Of a DNA stretch of 64,000 nucleotides, positions 12,810 to 26,800 are shown piece by piece. Source of the DNA: Octopus bimaculoides (lineage: Eukaryota); the NCBI RefSeq assembly GCF_001194135.2, contig NC_068985.1:407376-471375 (forward strand), written 5' to 3'. The notes beneath the pieces were generated by a model, which did not search any database, was not told where the DNA came from, and worked only from the letters and a program-made list of their open reading frames with translations. Position 1 is the first letter of the stretch. Each line of letters starts with the position of its first letter. A program made the position numbers and the translations under genes.

Positions 12810-13620
12810 AGAGCGTGTCAAACTGATTGAAGAGAAACCTGTGCATGGTCAATTTTGGAAAGCCACTGAAGACGTATGTGGAGAAAAATCCTGGGCTTGG
12901 TTAAAAAAGGGGCAAAAAAACGAAATAAAACCTAATTGTAGTAGTACAAGATCAAGAGAAAAAATATATATGGAGAGAATGTGTCAGAAAAAATGTTGAA
13001 TCTGTGGAACTTGGAAGGAGACAGTGGCACAAATTGTGGTAGAATGCCCCAAGTTGGCACAGGAAGAATACAAGAAATGGAGGCATGACCAGGCGGTAAA
13101 AGTTATACTCTGGGAACTGTGCCAGAAAGGATTTGAAGCTGGAAACATACAGTATAATCATCGAATTGAAAGAGGAGAAATGTAAGATTTTGTGGGACCT
13201 TCCTATTGTGGGACAAAAAAAAACAAAAAATGATATACCAGACACAATGATTATAGATAAAATAAAGCAAAATTGCTTACTTATCAACCTATCATGCCTG
13301 TTTGATTCCAAGATCGTAAAGAAAGAGGAAGAAAAACAAAAAATACAATCCTTTAAAATTTGAAATAGGAAGAATTTGGAACATGCAAACAGTAAAGGTC
13401 GTGCCTATAATAATTGGTGCATTGGAAACAGAAAACCAAGATCTAGACAAATGGCTGAAGAAGATTGGAATAGAATGCCCGGTAGAGCTCCTATAGAAAG
13501 TTTGCCTCTTAAGGACAGTAAGGATTATCAGGAAGGTTCTAAGCACTTGAAAGACTGCTAAAAATTTGTGGATACTTAAGGTTACAAGTAGTAATCTGGT
13601 CCACATAATTCCAATGAGAA
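12810..13620 (+). mobile_element. R4/Dong-clade 3' fragment, same subfamily as 8560-9213
   Basis: EEKPVHGQFWKATEDVCGEKSWAWLKKGQ, CPKLAQEEYKKWRHD, KILWDLP, VVPIIIGAL; followed by (AAT/AAC)n. Confidence 0.9.
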
Positions 13621-13669
13621 ATAAGACCAAACCTGAGCCAAACCAAAATAATAACAATAACAACAATAG

Positions 13670-14290
13670 TTTCAAATTTTGGCAGTACACCATCCACTTT
13701 AAGGAAGAGGCAGGTCGATTGCATTAACTCCAATATTTGACTGGTACTCATTTTATCAACACCAAAAGATGAAAGACAAAGTTGATCTAAGCAAGATTTG
13801 AACTCAGAATATTGAACCAGAACAAATGTCTATAAGCTGTTTGTTCAATGCTTTTATGATTCTACCAAGTAATAATTCTTCCTAATTTTAATGCAAAGCC
13901 AGCAATTTTGAGGTGGGTGAGGGTGAGGAGTCATTTACATCGATCCCAATGCTCAACTTGTACTTATTTTGTTGAGCCAAAAGGCAAAGTTGACCTCAGC
14001 AAGATTTGAACTCAGAACATAAAGACCCAGAAGAAATGCTGCTAGATATTTTTGTCCAATGGGCTAAAGATTCCGCCGGCTCACAGTCTTAATAATCCTT
14101 TTTACTAAAGGTACAAGCCTGAAGTTTTGAAGGAGGGGATAAGTTAATTATGTCGACCCCAGTGTGGTTCACTGGTACTTAATTCATCGACCCTGAAAGA
14201 ATGAAAGACAAAAGTGACCTTCGTGGAATTTGAACTCAGAACATAGCAGCAGATGAAATATTGCTTAGCATTTTGCCTGGCGTGCTAACG
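13670..14290 (-). mobile_element. Three head-to-tail copies of SINE family C
   Basis: Three ~200 bp blocks (about 13670-13870, 13890-14090, 14095-14290), each with ..aaagttgacct..tttgaactcagaa, separated by aataat spacers. Confidence 0.8.
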
Positions 14291-14563
14291 AGTCTTAATT
14301 ATAAAAGAAGAATGTAAGAAATAAATTTTAAAAACCAAATACAACAATTAGTCTGATAAATATTCAAGAAGAAAATTTTGATCTAAATAACAAGAAGCAA
14401 CATGGTGGGGGACATTTTAAAAAATCATTTCTCTTGGGATTTTAGTATAAAATGCTTGAATAGAATTCCTTCCTTCTGTTTTAAAGAGCCTGCTGAATTC
14501 TTTATCACTGCTGTTGCTGCTACTACTACTACTACTGCTGCTGCTGCGACTACTACTACTATG

Positions 14564-14594
<31 letters not shown>

Positions 14595-16042
14595 AAAGAC
14601 CTGAATAATATATTTTATTTGCCTTATTATATTTACTTTTAAATGATTAGACAATAACTTAGGGAAAAACACAAGAATAAATATTAAATGGTTGGCTTCA
14701 TCTGATGCTCTGCTTATATTTAATTACTCTCATGGCAAGAATAAATATTTTAGGAATCACAATGGACCTTAATCTTTTATTGTTTTCTCAGAATTCATTT
14801 TCTTCATCCTCCCACGGGAGAAATGAATATCCATGCAGAACTTCGAGTAAACAAACTTATATTCCCTTTTGAGTCATCTTTGATTCCCTGTATCTGTCGT
14901 GGAGAATAATTGAATCCATCATTTAGCTTGGCCTGGCAAGCCGTCAACATACTTGTCTAGTTCTCTCAAATTGAAAATTCAATAGCTTCTTGGTAATAGC
15001 TTTAGGGTTGATTTTAATATGTAATAGTCATTTTAAACTTGCTAAAAATTGTTTCTTATCATCATCTATTTCGGTGTCTGAGAAGGTAAGCACCTGGTAA
15101 TAGAAAATACCAGTTGTAGGCAATATGCTTTGTTGTTAGTGTTCTTGAGAAAAGCATAAAGATTTCTATAAAAAAATTATTTTAAATTCATGTTACCAAA
15201 AAGCCGTTGGAAAACCGATTTTTGCAGCGACTCCATCTAAGAATATCTGAAAAAGGAATTTTATTCCAGAATATTATCAGACTATGGATAACTAATTTAC
15301 AACAGGTATACAGTCTGTTGTTTGTATTATAGTGCATTGTTGTACCATTCAAAACCTTTTATTCTTTATTAAAATATATTTAAGGGAACACTTTCAGATG
15401 AATGAAAACCAAATAATAAGAAAATTTTGTTATGTGGGTTTGATTCCTATTTATAACAACTTCATTTTACTCACATAAATGAAAAAAGAAGAATTTTTTT
15501 ATTTTCTTAGTTTACCCAACACTGTTAAGCTTTGTACTTTTGGATGGAACCAAAATTTTAAGTGAGGTTAAGAAATAGTTTCAACTCACAGAATTATTAC
15601 TACAAATGTTTAAAGATGAGTTAACTATTATTTTCATTGAGTCAATATAGATGAGTATATTCTTCATCTACTGAATGTTTAGGAAGGACAATCTAAAATT
15701 GTAAATCTTTCAGTTCTGGGTTCAAATTCTATCAGAAAAAGCTAGCTTTGGAAACAAAAACGCATAAATATGATACTAAGATCAATTAACTGAGGGGAAT
15801 ATTTAACAGCAAAAATAAATTTAATAAATAGTAAAAGAATTAATTAGTGATTTCTTTTAGGCTCAAATTTTGTTTTTGAAAGGAGAGGCGCAGTTGATTT
15901 TATTGACCCCTCCCCCCTCAGCCCTGGTGGCAGAGATGGAAGTGATTTTTTCTTTCTATCAAAGCATCTTATGTATATCAGACTAAAATGCTACTAGGAT
16001 TAGAGAAATAACTTATAAACAATGGGAAAATAAAAGAGGAAA

Positions 16043-16170
16043 TCATCATCATCATCATCGTTTAACGTCCGCTTTCCATGCTGGCATGGGTTGGACGATT
16101 TGACTGAGGACTAGTGAAACCAGATGGCTACACCAGGCTCCAATCTGATTTGGCAGAGTTTCTACAGCAA
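16043..16170 (-). mobile_element. RTE family R 3' end
   Basis: (CAT)n cgtttaacgtccgctttccatgctggcatggg. Confidence 0.9.
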
Positions 16171-16328
16171 ATGCAACTCTTAAATCGAACAGGACATAAA
16201 TACCATTTGAATACTTGTTTTGTGCAAATAAATAACATACTAACAATTATAAATGTTAGTATTAATCTTTTAAACTACCACTGCTCTTCCCCCACACACA
16301 TGTATATGTATATGTACAATTATATATG

Positions 16329-16367
<39 letters not shown>

Positions 16368-17291
16368 ATATAATGCATTTATGGCTTTCAGAAATTTCCT
16401 AAAATCTTATATTGATACATAAGGCAAAATAATAATTGAATCTATGCAAGTCAAGGGAATGTTTGCAAAAATGTTGTCAATTAAGACAGTTTTGTAGATA
16501 ATTATTTGCCTAAGAGCCATTTCACTTCACAGGCATTCTCTGCTTTGTAAAGCTCTAGGCTATACTGTAATTCTTCAGAACATGACAGAATGAAGTAGGC
16601 AGATACATGGAACAGATAATAGAGCAAAATATGCTGGCATCAACTAATTCATTATGCTGTATGGAAAGTATATTTACTTTGATGACAGATTAGGAGAAGG
16701 ATTTTGATCACATATAAGTGATATTTAAATGTATGCATCCGAATGTCAGGTTTCTCTCATAGATGAGAGTAACGTTGTTCCTTAAGAAAAAAAAAACAAA
16801 CAAAAACAAAAAAAACACCTGCATCTAATTTCTTCAAGGTACAAAGAAACCATTACATGGAAGCCATCAAATGTCTCTTCATCTCTAGAAGGCAGCTCAA
16901 TGACAAGATGATGCTATTACAATTTCATATTATTCGTTACTGTCGTTTTTCTTAATGTCTATCTTGCACAGCTGGCTAACAATTACATTTGCATCATGTC
17001 AAACTAACAATGAAAATCTTTATAGTAACTTGATCAGTTAGAAAGAATAGCCAAATATACTTCAAATCACACGTCTTAAGAAAAAACAGATTGGATAATG
17101 GAGTGTGAGGTACAAATTGGCTTGAAGAGAATAGTCCCAGTTTTAATGCTTTTGATCAAAGCTGACCCACTGCTAAACAACAATACCTTCATGTATGTAT
17201 ATATCAATATGTCTGTCTATCTGTTTAAATCCACACACACAAGTGCATACAGTTTCTTCACAAACATTGGCAGAGAAAAACTAAATATATC

Positions 17292-17329
<38 letters not shown>

Positions 17330-17346
17330 TGTGTGTATTTTTCCCT

Positions 17347-18207
17347 TGAGTGGGTGGAAAGTAACTAGGCATTAGAAATTGTTTATAGAATTTTTTAGTG
17401 TCACTCAAGTCATGATGAAAACATTTTTTAAACAGACAACATTAATGAGGATTCGTTATTTTTTTTCATGGCCAGTCGCTTGACTGTTGAGGAGCGAGCT
17501 AAGATAGTAGCACGCAATGAAGTGTAGAATTCTGTTGTTTTAGTTCGGAGATGGTGGCATGCATGGAAAGGTAAGCATGCAACACTACGTCTGGAGATAA
17601 TAAAAAGTTGCCATGAAAAACTGATGATCATGGGCTCTGTGAATGATGCAAGAAAAAGTGGCCATCCAACCACATCCCGTTCAAGAGATATTTAATTGCA
17701 GCTCACAAAAATGTACACATTAAGCAGCTCAAGAAAGTGAACTAACAAGACACACAATATGTACGGTGTTGCATAAAGAATTGAATTTTTGTCTATGGAA
17801 ACCCCATTACATGCAGGAGCTAAAATCTGAAGACTGTGACTGCAGAAATGAATATGGAGAGCTGATGCAAGATTGGTATGGAAACTATCCTGAATTGTTT
17901 GAAAAGATCCTCCAGACTGATGAGACTGGGATGTTATGATACTGATTGCACATTGGAGGACTTGGAGACACTGATTCAGGAGATTCTCAATGATATCCTA
18001 GACAACGTCCTTCAGAAGGTTGTTCATTCCATCCATGGCCGTTTGGAGAAACTGGTTGATGCCACTGGTGCTTATGTTGAAATATGAAGATTTACTTCCA
18101 TTTTCCCATGTAATAAAGAACATGTATCATTTCTTTCAATAAATTAATAAAAGGAATTTGGATTTTATTACCAATTTTTGATGCCCACTTACATTGCACC
18201 TACCCTG
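17347..18207 (+). mobile_element. Internally deleted Tc1/mariner-superfamily DNA transposon (DUF4817-like N-terminus)
   Basis: LTVEERAKIVAR..NSVVLVRRWW..SVNDARKSGHP; C-terminal LETLIQEILNDI..LQKVVHSIHGRLEKLVDATGAYVE; degenerate ~34 bp inverted termini at 17348-17381 and 18172-18207. Confidence 0.75.
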
Positions 18208-18208
18208 T

Positions 18209-18262
<54 letters not shown>

Positions 18263-18555
18263 NNNNNNNNNNTGTGTGTGTGTGTGTGTGTGTGTGTGGA
18301 TAGTTAATAAAAATATATTCAATGAGGATATAGAAAAAAAGGGTGAATTTCTCTGACAAGTGGATGTATTATCTAATAATGATTATCAATTTTAGATTTC
18401 ATTTCAAAGGGTAACACATTCATTGTAAGATATTTTAAACTTCTTAAATAATCATACATCATATATTAATATATTTATCTATTAATACAACATTATTTTG
18501 GATGTATATATTCTGTGATGATTTTTTAATGTAATTTTTTCCTGCTCTTACTTTA

Positions 18556-18596
<41 letters not shown>

Positions 18597-18908
18597 ATTC
18601 AGTTGAATAAGGTACTTAAAATTGAGGCACCTTGTTAGGTTAGAATAAAATGCACACACAACAATTTTTATATGAATACCAAGCTTGGTACAGAAGTACT
18701 GGCAGAATGATAACCCATCTGAGTATATAATCCACTTTTGAGCAATTCAGACATGTTTATTTTATTATTAAATATACAGTCCATGATATACTTCAGAACA
18801 CATGAGGGGCATGTTCTGTGACAGGTGAATGAAAGATAAATAAGGACAGGTGTCAATATATTACGGCTGTTTCTAACGAAATTTTTAATTGATAAATGAA
18901 TATATTAT

Positions 18909-19118
18909 ATCATCATCATCATCATCGTTTAACGTCCGCTTTCCATGCTAGCATGGGTTGGATGATTTGACTGAGGACTGGTGAAACCGGATGGCAACAC
19001 CAGGCTCCAATCTGATTTGGCTGAGTTTCTACAGCTGGATGCCCTTCCTAACGCCAACCACTCAGAGAGTGTAGTGGGTGCTTTTATGTGCCACCGGCAT
19101 GAAGGCCAGTCAGGCGGT
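18909..19118 (-). mobile_element. RTE family R 3' end, young copy
   Basis: Near-consensus 3' UTR including one gtgcc/ggcac-taaaagcacc unit. Confidence 0.9.
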
Positions 19119-19655
19119 AAAAAAAAAAAAAAACGTTTTCTTTGGACAAATACATGAATCTTACAATCAAGGACATTTAAAATTATTTTTAAAAAATGAT
19201 TTAAAAACCATAGTGATATACATAGTCAATGATTCTGCTACTAGTTTAGTTGCAAAATGAGCTTACCAAAACCATGTATAGTTAGTCAGTGGGAGGGGAT
19301 TCCGGAAAAATGAAAGGATTGGCTAGCTTTGTGTTTACATATCTCCATATATCAGCCACTGATTCCTATGGTATATTCTATAAACTGACAAGTTGATTTA
19401 GCTTATCCATCAGCAATGGAGTGGTGTCAACAATAAGGATTAATTCTATCTGAAATTAGTTGGCCGATCTGATGGGGAAGCTGTCTCCCTTGCCAGTGTA
19501 TAGAAAGTGCTCTCTTGAACAGAAAATGCCCTGTTCATGGCTAAGAGTTATTTTGGTTCTTATTTCTAGCAATACTGGTGCTGACTTGCACCATTAATCA
19601 CTTTTAATGATTGTATTTGTGCCTTTTGGTTTTAAATTGCATCCAGCCACTTTAA

Positions 19656-19698
<43 letters not shown>

Positions 19699-20085
19699 NN
19701 NNNNNNNNNNNNNNNNNNNNNNNNNNNNNNNNNNNNNNNNNNNNNNNNNNNNNNNNNNNNNNNNNNNNNNNNNNNNNNNNNNNNNNNNNNNNNNNNNNNN
19801 NNNNNNNNNNNNNNNNNNNNNNNNNNNNNNNNNNNNNNNNNNNNNNNNNNNNNNNNNNNNNNNNNNNNNNNNNNNNNNNNNNNNNNNNNNNNNNNNNNNN
19901 NNNNNNNNNNNNNNNNNNNNNNNNNNNNNNNNNNNNNNNNNNNNNNNNNNNNNNNNNNNNNNNNNNNNNNNNNNNNNNNNNNNNNNNNNNNNNNNNNNNN
20001 NNNNNNNNNNNNNNNNNNNNNNNNNNNNNNNNNNNNNNNNNNNNNNNNNNNNNNNNNNNNNNNNNNNNNNNNNNNNNNNNNNNNA
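19699..20085. other. Assembly gap (others at 1150-1159, 1341-1350, 18263-18272, 35488-35497, 51750-51927, 61283-61813)
   Basis: Runs of N. Confidence 1.
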
Positions 20086-20190
20086 ACCTATTTTTATTCT
20101 TGTAGCTATGCTCTTGGAGCATCCACTTCCACTGCTGACTTGGTTACCTAGATAACGAAGGCTACTACTTCTAAGCAATCCCACTAGCAA
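20086..20190 (-). mobile_element. RTE family R RT fragment running into a gap
   Basis: LRYLGNQVSSGSGCSKSIATRIKIG. Confidence 0.8.
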
Positions 20191-20229
20191 CTGATGAAGT
20201 CTATTTTTGGTACATTTCTAGTGTTTATT

Positions 20230-21509
20230 GTACTTACATACCTGCCACACACAGGTAGATGTCCTGCTCGATCTGTAGAAAAGGTGTTGGTAGAAACTCT
20301 ATAAGATGTACCCAGTGTAAGCTATGGACATAGAAGAAGTGCAGCAATATCAAAAGAAGGCTAACTGGGAAGATAGTTTTTGTGTGTGGCAGGGGCTCAG
20401 GAGCAATAAACAGTGAAAATGTGCAGAAAACAGCTTTTGTCACATTCCCGGGGGAAAATCAACAGGTAGTTAATAGGTTTCGTCACCTAGGTGACCAAGT
20501 CAGTAGCTGGGGTGGATGCTCTGAATAAGAATAGCCTGGGCAAAGTTCGGAGAGCTGCTACCTCTGCTAGTGATAAAGGGCCTCTCGCTCAGAGTAAAAG
20601 GTAAACTGTATGTTGCATGTGTGTGAACAGCCATGCTACATGGCAGTGAAACATGGGCCGTGACTGCTGAGGACATGCGTAATCTTGCAAGGAATGAAGC
20701 CAGTATTCTCTGCTGGATGTGTAATGTCAGTGTGCATAGACAATAAAGTGTAGCGCCCTGAGAGAAAAGTTGGACTGAAGAAGCATCGGATGTGGTGTGC
20801 AAGAGAAACGACTGCACTGGTATGGTCATGTGTTGCAAATGGATGAGGACAGCTGACTGAAAAATATCATACCCTAGCTGTAGAGGGAACCTGTGGAAGA
20901 GGTAGACCCAGGAAAATCTGGGATGAAGTAGTGAAGCACAACCTTTGAACATTGGGCCTCACTGAGGCAATGACAAGAGATTGAGACCTTTGGAGATATG
21001 CTGTGCTTAGAAAACCTGGCAAGCCAAGTGAGACCATAACCATGGCCTATGCCAGTGCAGCTTAGTCAGCCCATTTAAAAGTACCCGTCATTCACTGGGC
21101 AATAAACTTTGCATGTGGAGAGCTCTTGAGGCAAGTGAAATTACTGTTGTGACCAATAACAGTACTGCCTGATTGGCACCCATGCCCATGGCATGTAAAA
21201 AGTACCCTTCGTGTGTGATTGTTGCAGTGTTGCCTGACTGGCACCTGTGCCAGTGGCACGTAAAAACACCATTTGAGCCTGGTCGATGCCAGTAGCACCT
21301 GACTGGCCCTCATACTGGTGGCACGTAAAAAGCACCCCCTACACTCTCAGAGTGGTTGGCTTTAGGAAGGGCACCCAGCTGTAGAAACTCTGCCAGATCA
21401 GACTGGAGCCTGGTGTAGCCATCTGGTTCGCCAGACCTCAGTCAAATCGTCCAACCCATGCTAGCATGAAGAGCGGACCTTAAATGAAGACGACGATGAT
21501 GATGATGAT

Positions 21510-21510
<1 letters not shown>
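20230..21510 (+). mobile_element. RTE family R, 5'-truncated copy (PHD-like insert, RT thumb, 3' UTR, (GAT)n tail)
   Basis: CSICRKGVGRNSIRCTQCKLWT*KKC..FVCGR; RFRHLGDQVSS; MLHGSETWAV; RLHWYGHV; GRGRPRKIWDEVV. Confidence 0.9.
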
Positions 21511-21556
<46 letters not shown>

Positions 21557-21676
21557 TTGTTGTAACTTGATTCTATCATTGGATAACAGCAACTTCCATT
21601 TTCAGGGAAGAGTTTTACATTGGAAGTGTTGAGAGAATGGAGTTTAAGGATGGAATTCCATCTTTAAACTCTCTCC

Positions 21677-21744
<68 letters not shown>

Positions 21745-24700
21745 CTCCATGTTCACGCACATGCATATACATAGATACTTTTCTACAAATATCCATAGAC
21801 ACACACACACACACACACACACATTCTCCTAAAGTCATGTATGTACATGCACAAATCTACACCTAGCTAACCATACATATCTACAATTCAATCTACATCT
21901 GCTGTGATTGTTCTGTCTTTGTCTGCTCCTTATTAGTATTCCCACTCTCTCTTCTTACCAATACTTGCCATCTCATCACTTGCTTAATGTTTTCAAGTTC
22001 ACTTTGTAAATAAGAAATTAGAAATTTGCCAAAAGCTTTTACCTTTTGGTTATTTTAAGCAAGCCCCACAAACTTGTGCCTTAACATCATTGTAATATCA
22101 CAAATAAAGCATTGTAATATTGTAGGACATAAGATACGGAAGTAGGGACATAGTGGAGACTTGTATATTTGATGCAATTGATTGATGATCCTCTTACTTG
22201 ACTGTAGATCCTGGAAGGATGAAGAGTAAAAATCATGGTAGCCATGTCTTTTATGACCGAATATACTGCACGAGGCTGCAGATCTTGTATCAAAATCTAA
22301 CATCATTAATGACTCTTTGTGTTGAACCATATTAACAATTGTAATTTTTTGCAATATTCCATCTGTTATCCGATCTCTAACAGTAATGTTTCAGGTTTTC
22401 TTATATTTGCAGCCCTTTATTATATTACCAACTGACAATTTTTTCCTTCCCCTGCACATGAAATGGTCACTACAACACATCACCCATTTACTCATTTATC
22501 ATTGATTGTTTTTACTTTTTCAGGTGTCAGACACAAACAGTCTTGCCAGACATCATAGCAATAGAAACATCATTCTATGAAGAAACCTTTCATTGCAAAC
22601 ACAAAAGACATGTTGGTTTACACTTTAGATCCAAACTGGAATTGAATATGAACCATTATAGCTTACAATAATGGTGGCATATGTCTGCAAAACTACAGCT
22701 GCTGCCACTGCTGCTATTGTTTGTGTATCAAGTATATGGAGGCAGGTAATAATACAAAACTGCTACTACTGCTAATATTAATGTTGCTAATGTATTAGAA
22801 ATCAATATTTATATTGACTTATAACACATATTTGGAGAAAAATAATGTTGCTTACAAGCTTTTTATTATTTTTTAAAATTATTCTCCTGGTGACTGAGGT
22901 TAATTTTATTCCCTATTAAAAGTGCTTTGGTTCATTGATGTTGCTTATACCTTTTGTGAAAGCAAAAATAAACCCAACACTCAACTTATTGTCCCTTGAA
23001 AATGTTAGGCGTTTTAGTTCTTATTAAATTATTAAGTCTCTCAGTTGTAACTCTGTAAATAAATAGACTGACAGACTTAACTGAATGTAGTCAGGTACTC
23101 TGATTCAATGACAAAATACTGCAGATTTCTGTTCTGTTGAAAAGAATTAAGAATCAAGAAGCAGTTATCTCGGGTCAAAGATTGATGATATCAACAATTA
23201 CCTCAATGCAATATCTTTATACCTAAAACACATAAAAATATTTAGAGATATCTCAGCCACAAAGAGCCACTTCTGAAATTCAACTCTTCAGCAATTTGAC
23301 AGCACTGACATTCTTGGCAACAATAAAGTAAATCAAATTATGATGGTTTGAAATATTTGAACAGTCAATTTTTTAAAATTATTTTTTGAAACATTAAGCT
23401 TATCTTTACAACTGCAGAATTTCAGAGAAATTATTTGATGAAAATAAAGTGCACAGAATGTATGATAATCTTAGATAAAGAACTGATAAAGGAAAATGAT
23501 AATTGTGTTTTAATAATACTTTGCTAATTAATATAAATTAACCATAATGTTAGAGGTCATTTTGTCTAATTTCTCTTGATTTTGTTCAGCTTTCATGTAG
23601 ATTTATCAAGCACTTAAAGATTTCTAAGATTAAACGATGACAGCAAAATAACAACAGCATTTAAAGAGATTAAAAAATTTAAGTCATCTTATAATTTTTT
23701 TTTCTGTATGAAAACTTAATAATACTGAAATTAATTGCACTCAATTTTACTAATTTTTATGAGAAAACGAAACTGTAAGAGAGTATGATGTATTGAAGAA
23801 AATTTTAAGAAAACAAATTAATATGAATGGAAAATTAAGCAATAATGTTGTGTTATATGCTTTTTACAATTTCACATGAATTAAAACTATTGTTAATAAG
23901 TTGTTTAAAAAGCAGCTTTTTAAAAAAGTCTTATTTTCAAATTTTCCAATGCTTCAAATGAACCATAATATATCTATTGTTATTTATTTATTTTTCTCCA
24001 TTAGAGGAGGGAGTTTCAAATTTAGCATATTTCAAGTTTTGAAGACAAAGAAGAACAGAAAGAGTCTATAATAAAGAAAATTATTATTAAGTGAAGTTTC
24101 ACTGTTTATTTACTTAATTATTTAATCATCAAATGTTATCAATGAAATGATGTGGAAAATCAGGAGCATGTGTAGAAAAATAAAAATGGTTTGACAGTAG
24201 TCCGGAGAGAGGCAGCTAATAATTCAGCTGATCTTTTATTGCTAGAGAGTACAAGAGAAAGCAATGAAGCAATATAAACAGAGCAGAGTTTTCAGTTATT
24301 ATATGTCATTGTGATAATAAGCTTGATCGTGTTGATAGATATTTTAGATTATTAATGTCTTATACCATCTTTTATTCCACTAACATACTCTAAATAGTAT
24401 GAACACTAAACTGCATGAAGCATTTGTCTCAAGTACAAGATTTTCTATGGCAGTCGTTCTAGTCCTAATCTGGTTCTCGAGATTGGACAGCATACATTAT
24501 TGTGTCAATGTACTTGATACAACATGTTAGCTTGCACCAGATGTGTTTCCACCATCTCTACTGTCACTGGGAACCCACAGATTATACTGTCACAATATCA
24601 CCATCATCCATATAACCATAACATATCTATGAAAAATACTGTTCCAGTTTATCTGATAGCTTTACTGCTACACTATATCTATCATAAGTATTGCTGTATA

Positions 24701-24929
24701 CACTGTACCTCCTACCTATAATACCACTGTGTACCTATAAATCATTTTCCAACAGTGTATCTACTAGATATACTGCTGCAGTGTATCTACTAGCCATACA
24801 CTTACATACTAGCCATATTGCACAGTGTGTCTAATAGCTATCTACCTTCTGTTCTGCAACAGATGCTTCTGCCAGAGTTTACTTATTGCTGATTGCTACG
24901 ATATATCTGCCAACTGTGAGGGAGTCTCT

Positions 24930-25110
24930 ATGGGGCTGCTCCATCTGTAAGAAAGAACAATAAAATCTACCTCAAATCATTTTAAAAAAGAAAGAGCCCA
25001 CTGATAAATGTGATCTTAAATATATAAAAAAGGCAGATTGTCACAGCTGAAATGCGATTAATGAGAGGTCTGCTCTATCAAGGCTGACCTACAGCTAAAC
25101 ATCAACAACT
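24930..25110 (+). mobile_element. Short interspersed repeat family E with (CAA)n-type tail
   Basis: aaatctacctcaaatc...ggtctgctctatcaaggctgacctacagctaaacatcaacaac; related pieces near 17050, 58800-58900 and 59780-59870. Confidence 0.5.
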
Positions 25111-26602
25111 GCTGCAATTAAACCCACCAGCTCTACTCATCCTGTACACCTCTATCACTGTGAACATTATATAGTACAGAGTTGTGATTATACTGAGTTC
25201 ATCTTCACCATCATTACCATCTTCAACAACAACAACAACAACAACAATTCTACTGATGCTATCATCAAGTCAATAGCACTATAATAGTTATTCTGCTTCT
25301 GAGAAAGATTTATTCTTTTATTGATATTAATTCCTTTTGGCATAGGAAAAAAAAAACTACATCAGAGAAAGCTTTAGAAGTCAGTGGCATATTGATTCTC
25401 AAGAGTAAAACAAAGACCTAAAAACTGATCTGTAATGCAGCAAATAAAGGAGGGTGGTGGGGCGAGGGGAGAGATTAAAATTTCAAACAATTTCTTTTTT
25501 ATCAAATATTTGATAATTTCATTTCATAATGAAGCTTTCTAAAATGTATAAAAATATTTATTCTTTAAATTAACACTTTTTGCAGTTAATATGGCTTTTT
25601 CCCTCAGTTTAGTTCTAAAGTAGCCCCACAATAAAATTAGTTCTAAATATAGAAAGTGAGGTGGTGGTGGTGGGGATTGTCAACCACCCTTACTTGTGTT
25701 AGATCATAAAAAATCATTTTAAGTGTTTTAAACCGAATTTCCCCAGCTTGTTATCAGCACTGAACACATCTCTGAAGATACAATTTTTTTTTTTTTTTTT
25801 TTTGGAGGGAAACAAAAATGCAAGCATTTAATTCTCTGCTCCCCAAATTGTACTAAAAAAAAAAAAAACCCTAAAAAACAAAAATCATTCACTCTATAAT
25901 TTCTTTCGCTCACTAGTGCTGCGTATTCCTCTGGTCTAATTTTACAAGTCACTGAAGAAATTATTTGATTTTCATCACTTTAACTAAACTGGAAGTTGGG
26001 TTTAGTAACTTTATATTAAGATTTTCATATTTTGATCAACTAAAAGTGATATTCTTACAAGGAGGATGTTAACCATTGTAGCTACACTTGTTCACTAAAA
26101 GCAAAGCTGGTAAGTTATGTAGTTTTAACATTACTGATAAAAATAATAGCATAAAAATAGTTTTAAAAAATCATTGAAGCCAAAATGTTTTGAATGTCAA
26201 TAGTTGATATTTTATCTATTATTGTTAGCTGTAAGCATTCCAATTGATAATGCTTTTGAGAAAAACTGGTTATGATTATCACATATTCTCATTTTTGTTA
26301 GTCTAAGAAATTAATGTACACAATTTGATGAGTCAAAGAAACAGCAATATAATATGCTTACTAATCTTGAATAGAAAACAGAAAATGTTGAAGTACAAGA
26401 TATCTTCAGATACTGTTCAGTAAGACCTGGTGAGACAAACATTACCCCAACAGGAAGTAATGTTTTACACATAAAATATAACACCAGATGTGTTTTGATA
26501 GATTAAACAAAAATCTTTGAGAGGGCCTTAAAGTTTTCACACACACACACACACACACTAATTTAATTCCTTTCTACACTTTTGTGTGTATGTGCATATA
26601 TA

Positions 26603-26800
26603 TCATCATCTTCACTGTTTAACATCTGTTTCCCATGCTGACATGGGTTGGACAGTTTGACAGGGGTTGGCCAGCTGGGAAGCTGTCCAGACTCCCATTG
26701 TCTGATGTGGCATGGTTTCTATGGCTGGATGATGCCCTTCCTAACATGCCAACCACTTTACAAAGTGAACTGAGTGCATCTTATGTGGCACTGGCATGGG
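26603..26800 (-). mobile_element. RTE family R 3' end, older subfamily
   Basis: tttaacatctgtttcccatgctgacatggg..gcccttcctaa..ccaaccactttac. Confidence 0.8.

Noticed and set aside
19594-20190. Long ORFs here and at 51719-52120 and 61183-61935
   Set aside because: Length comes from N gaps.
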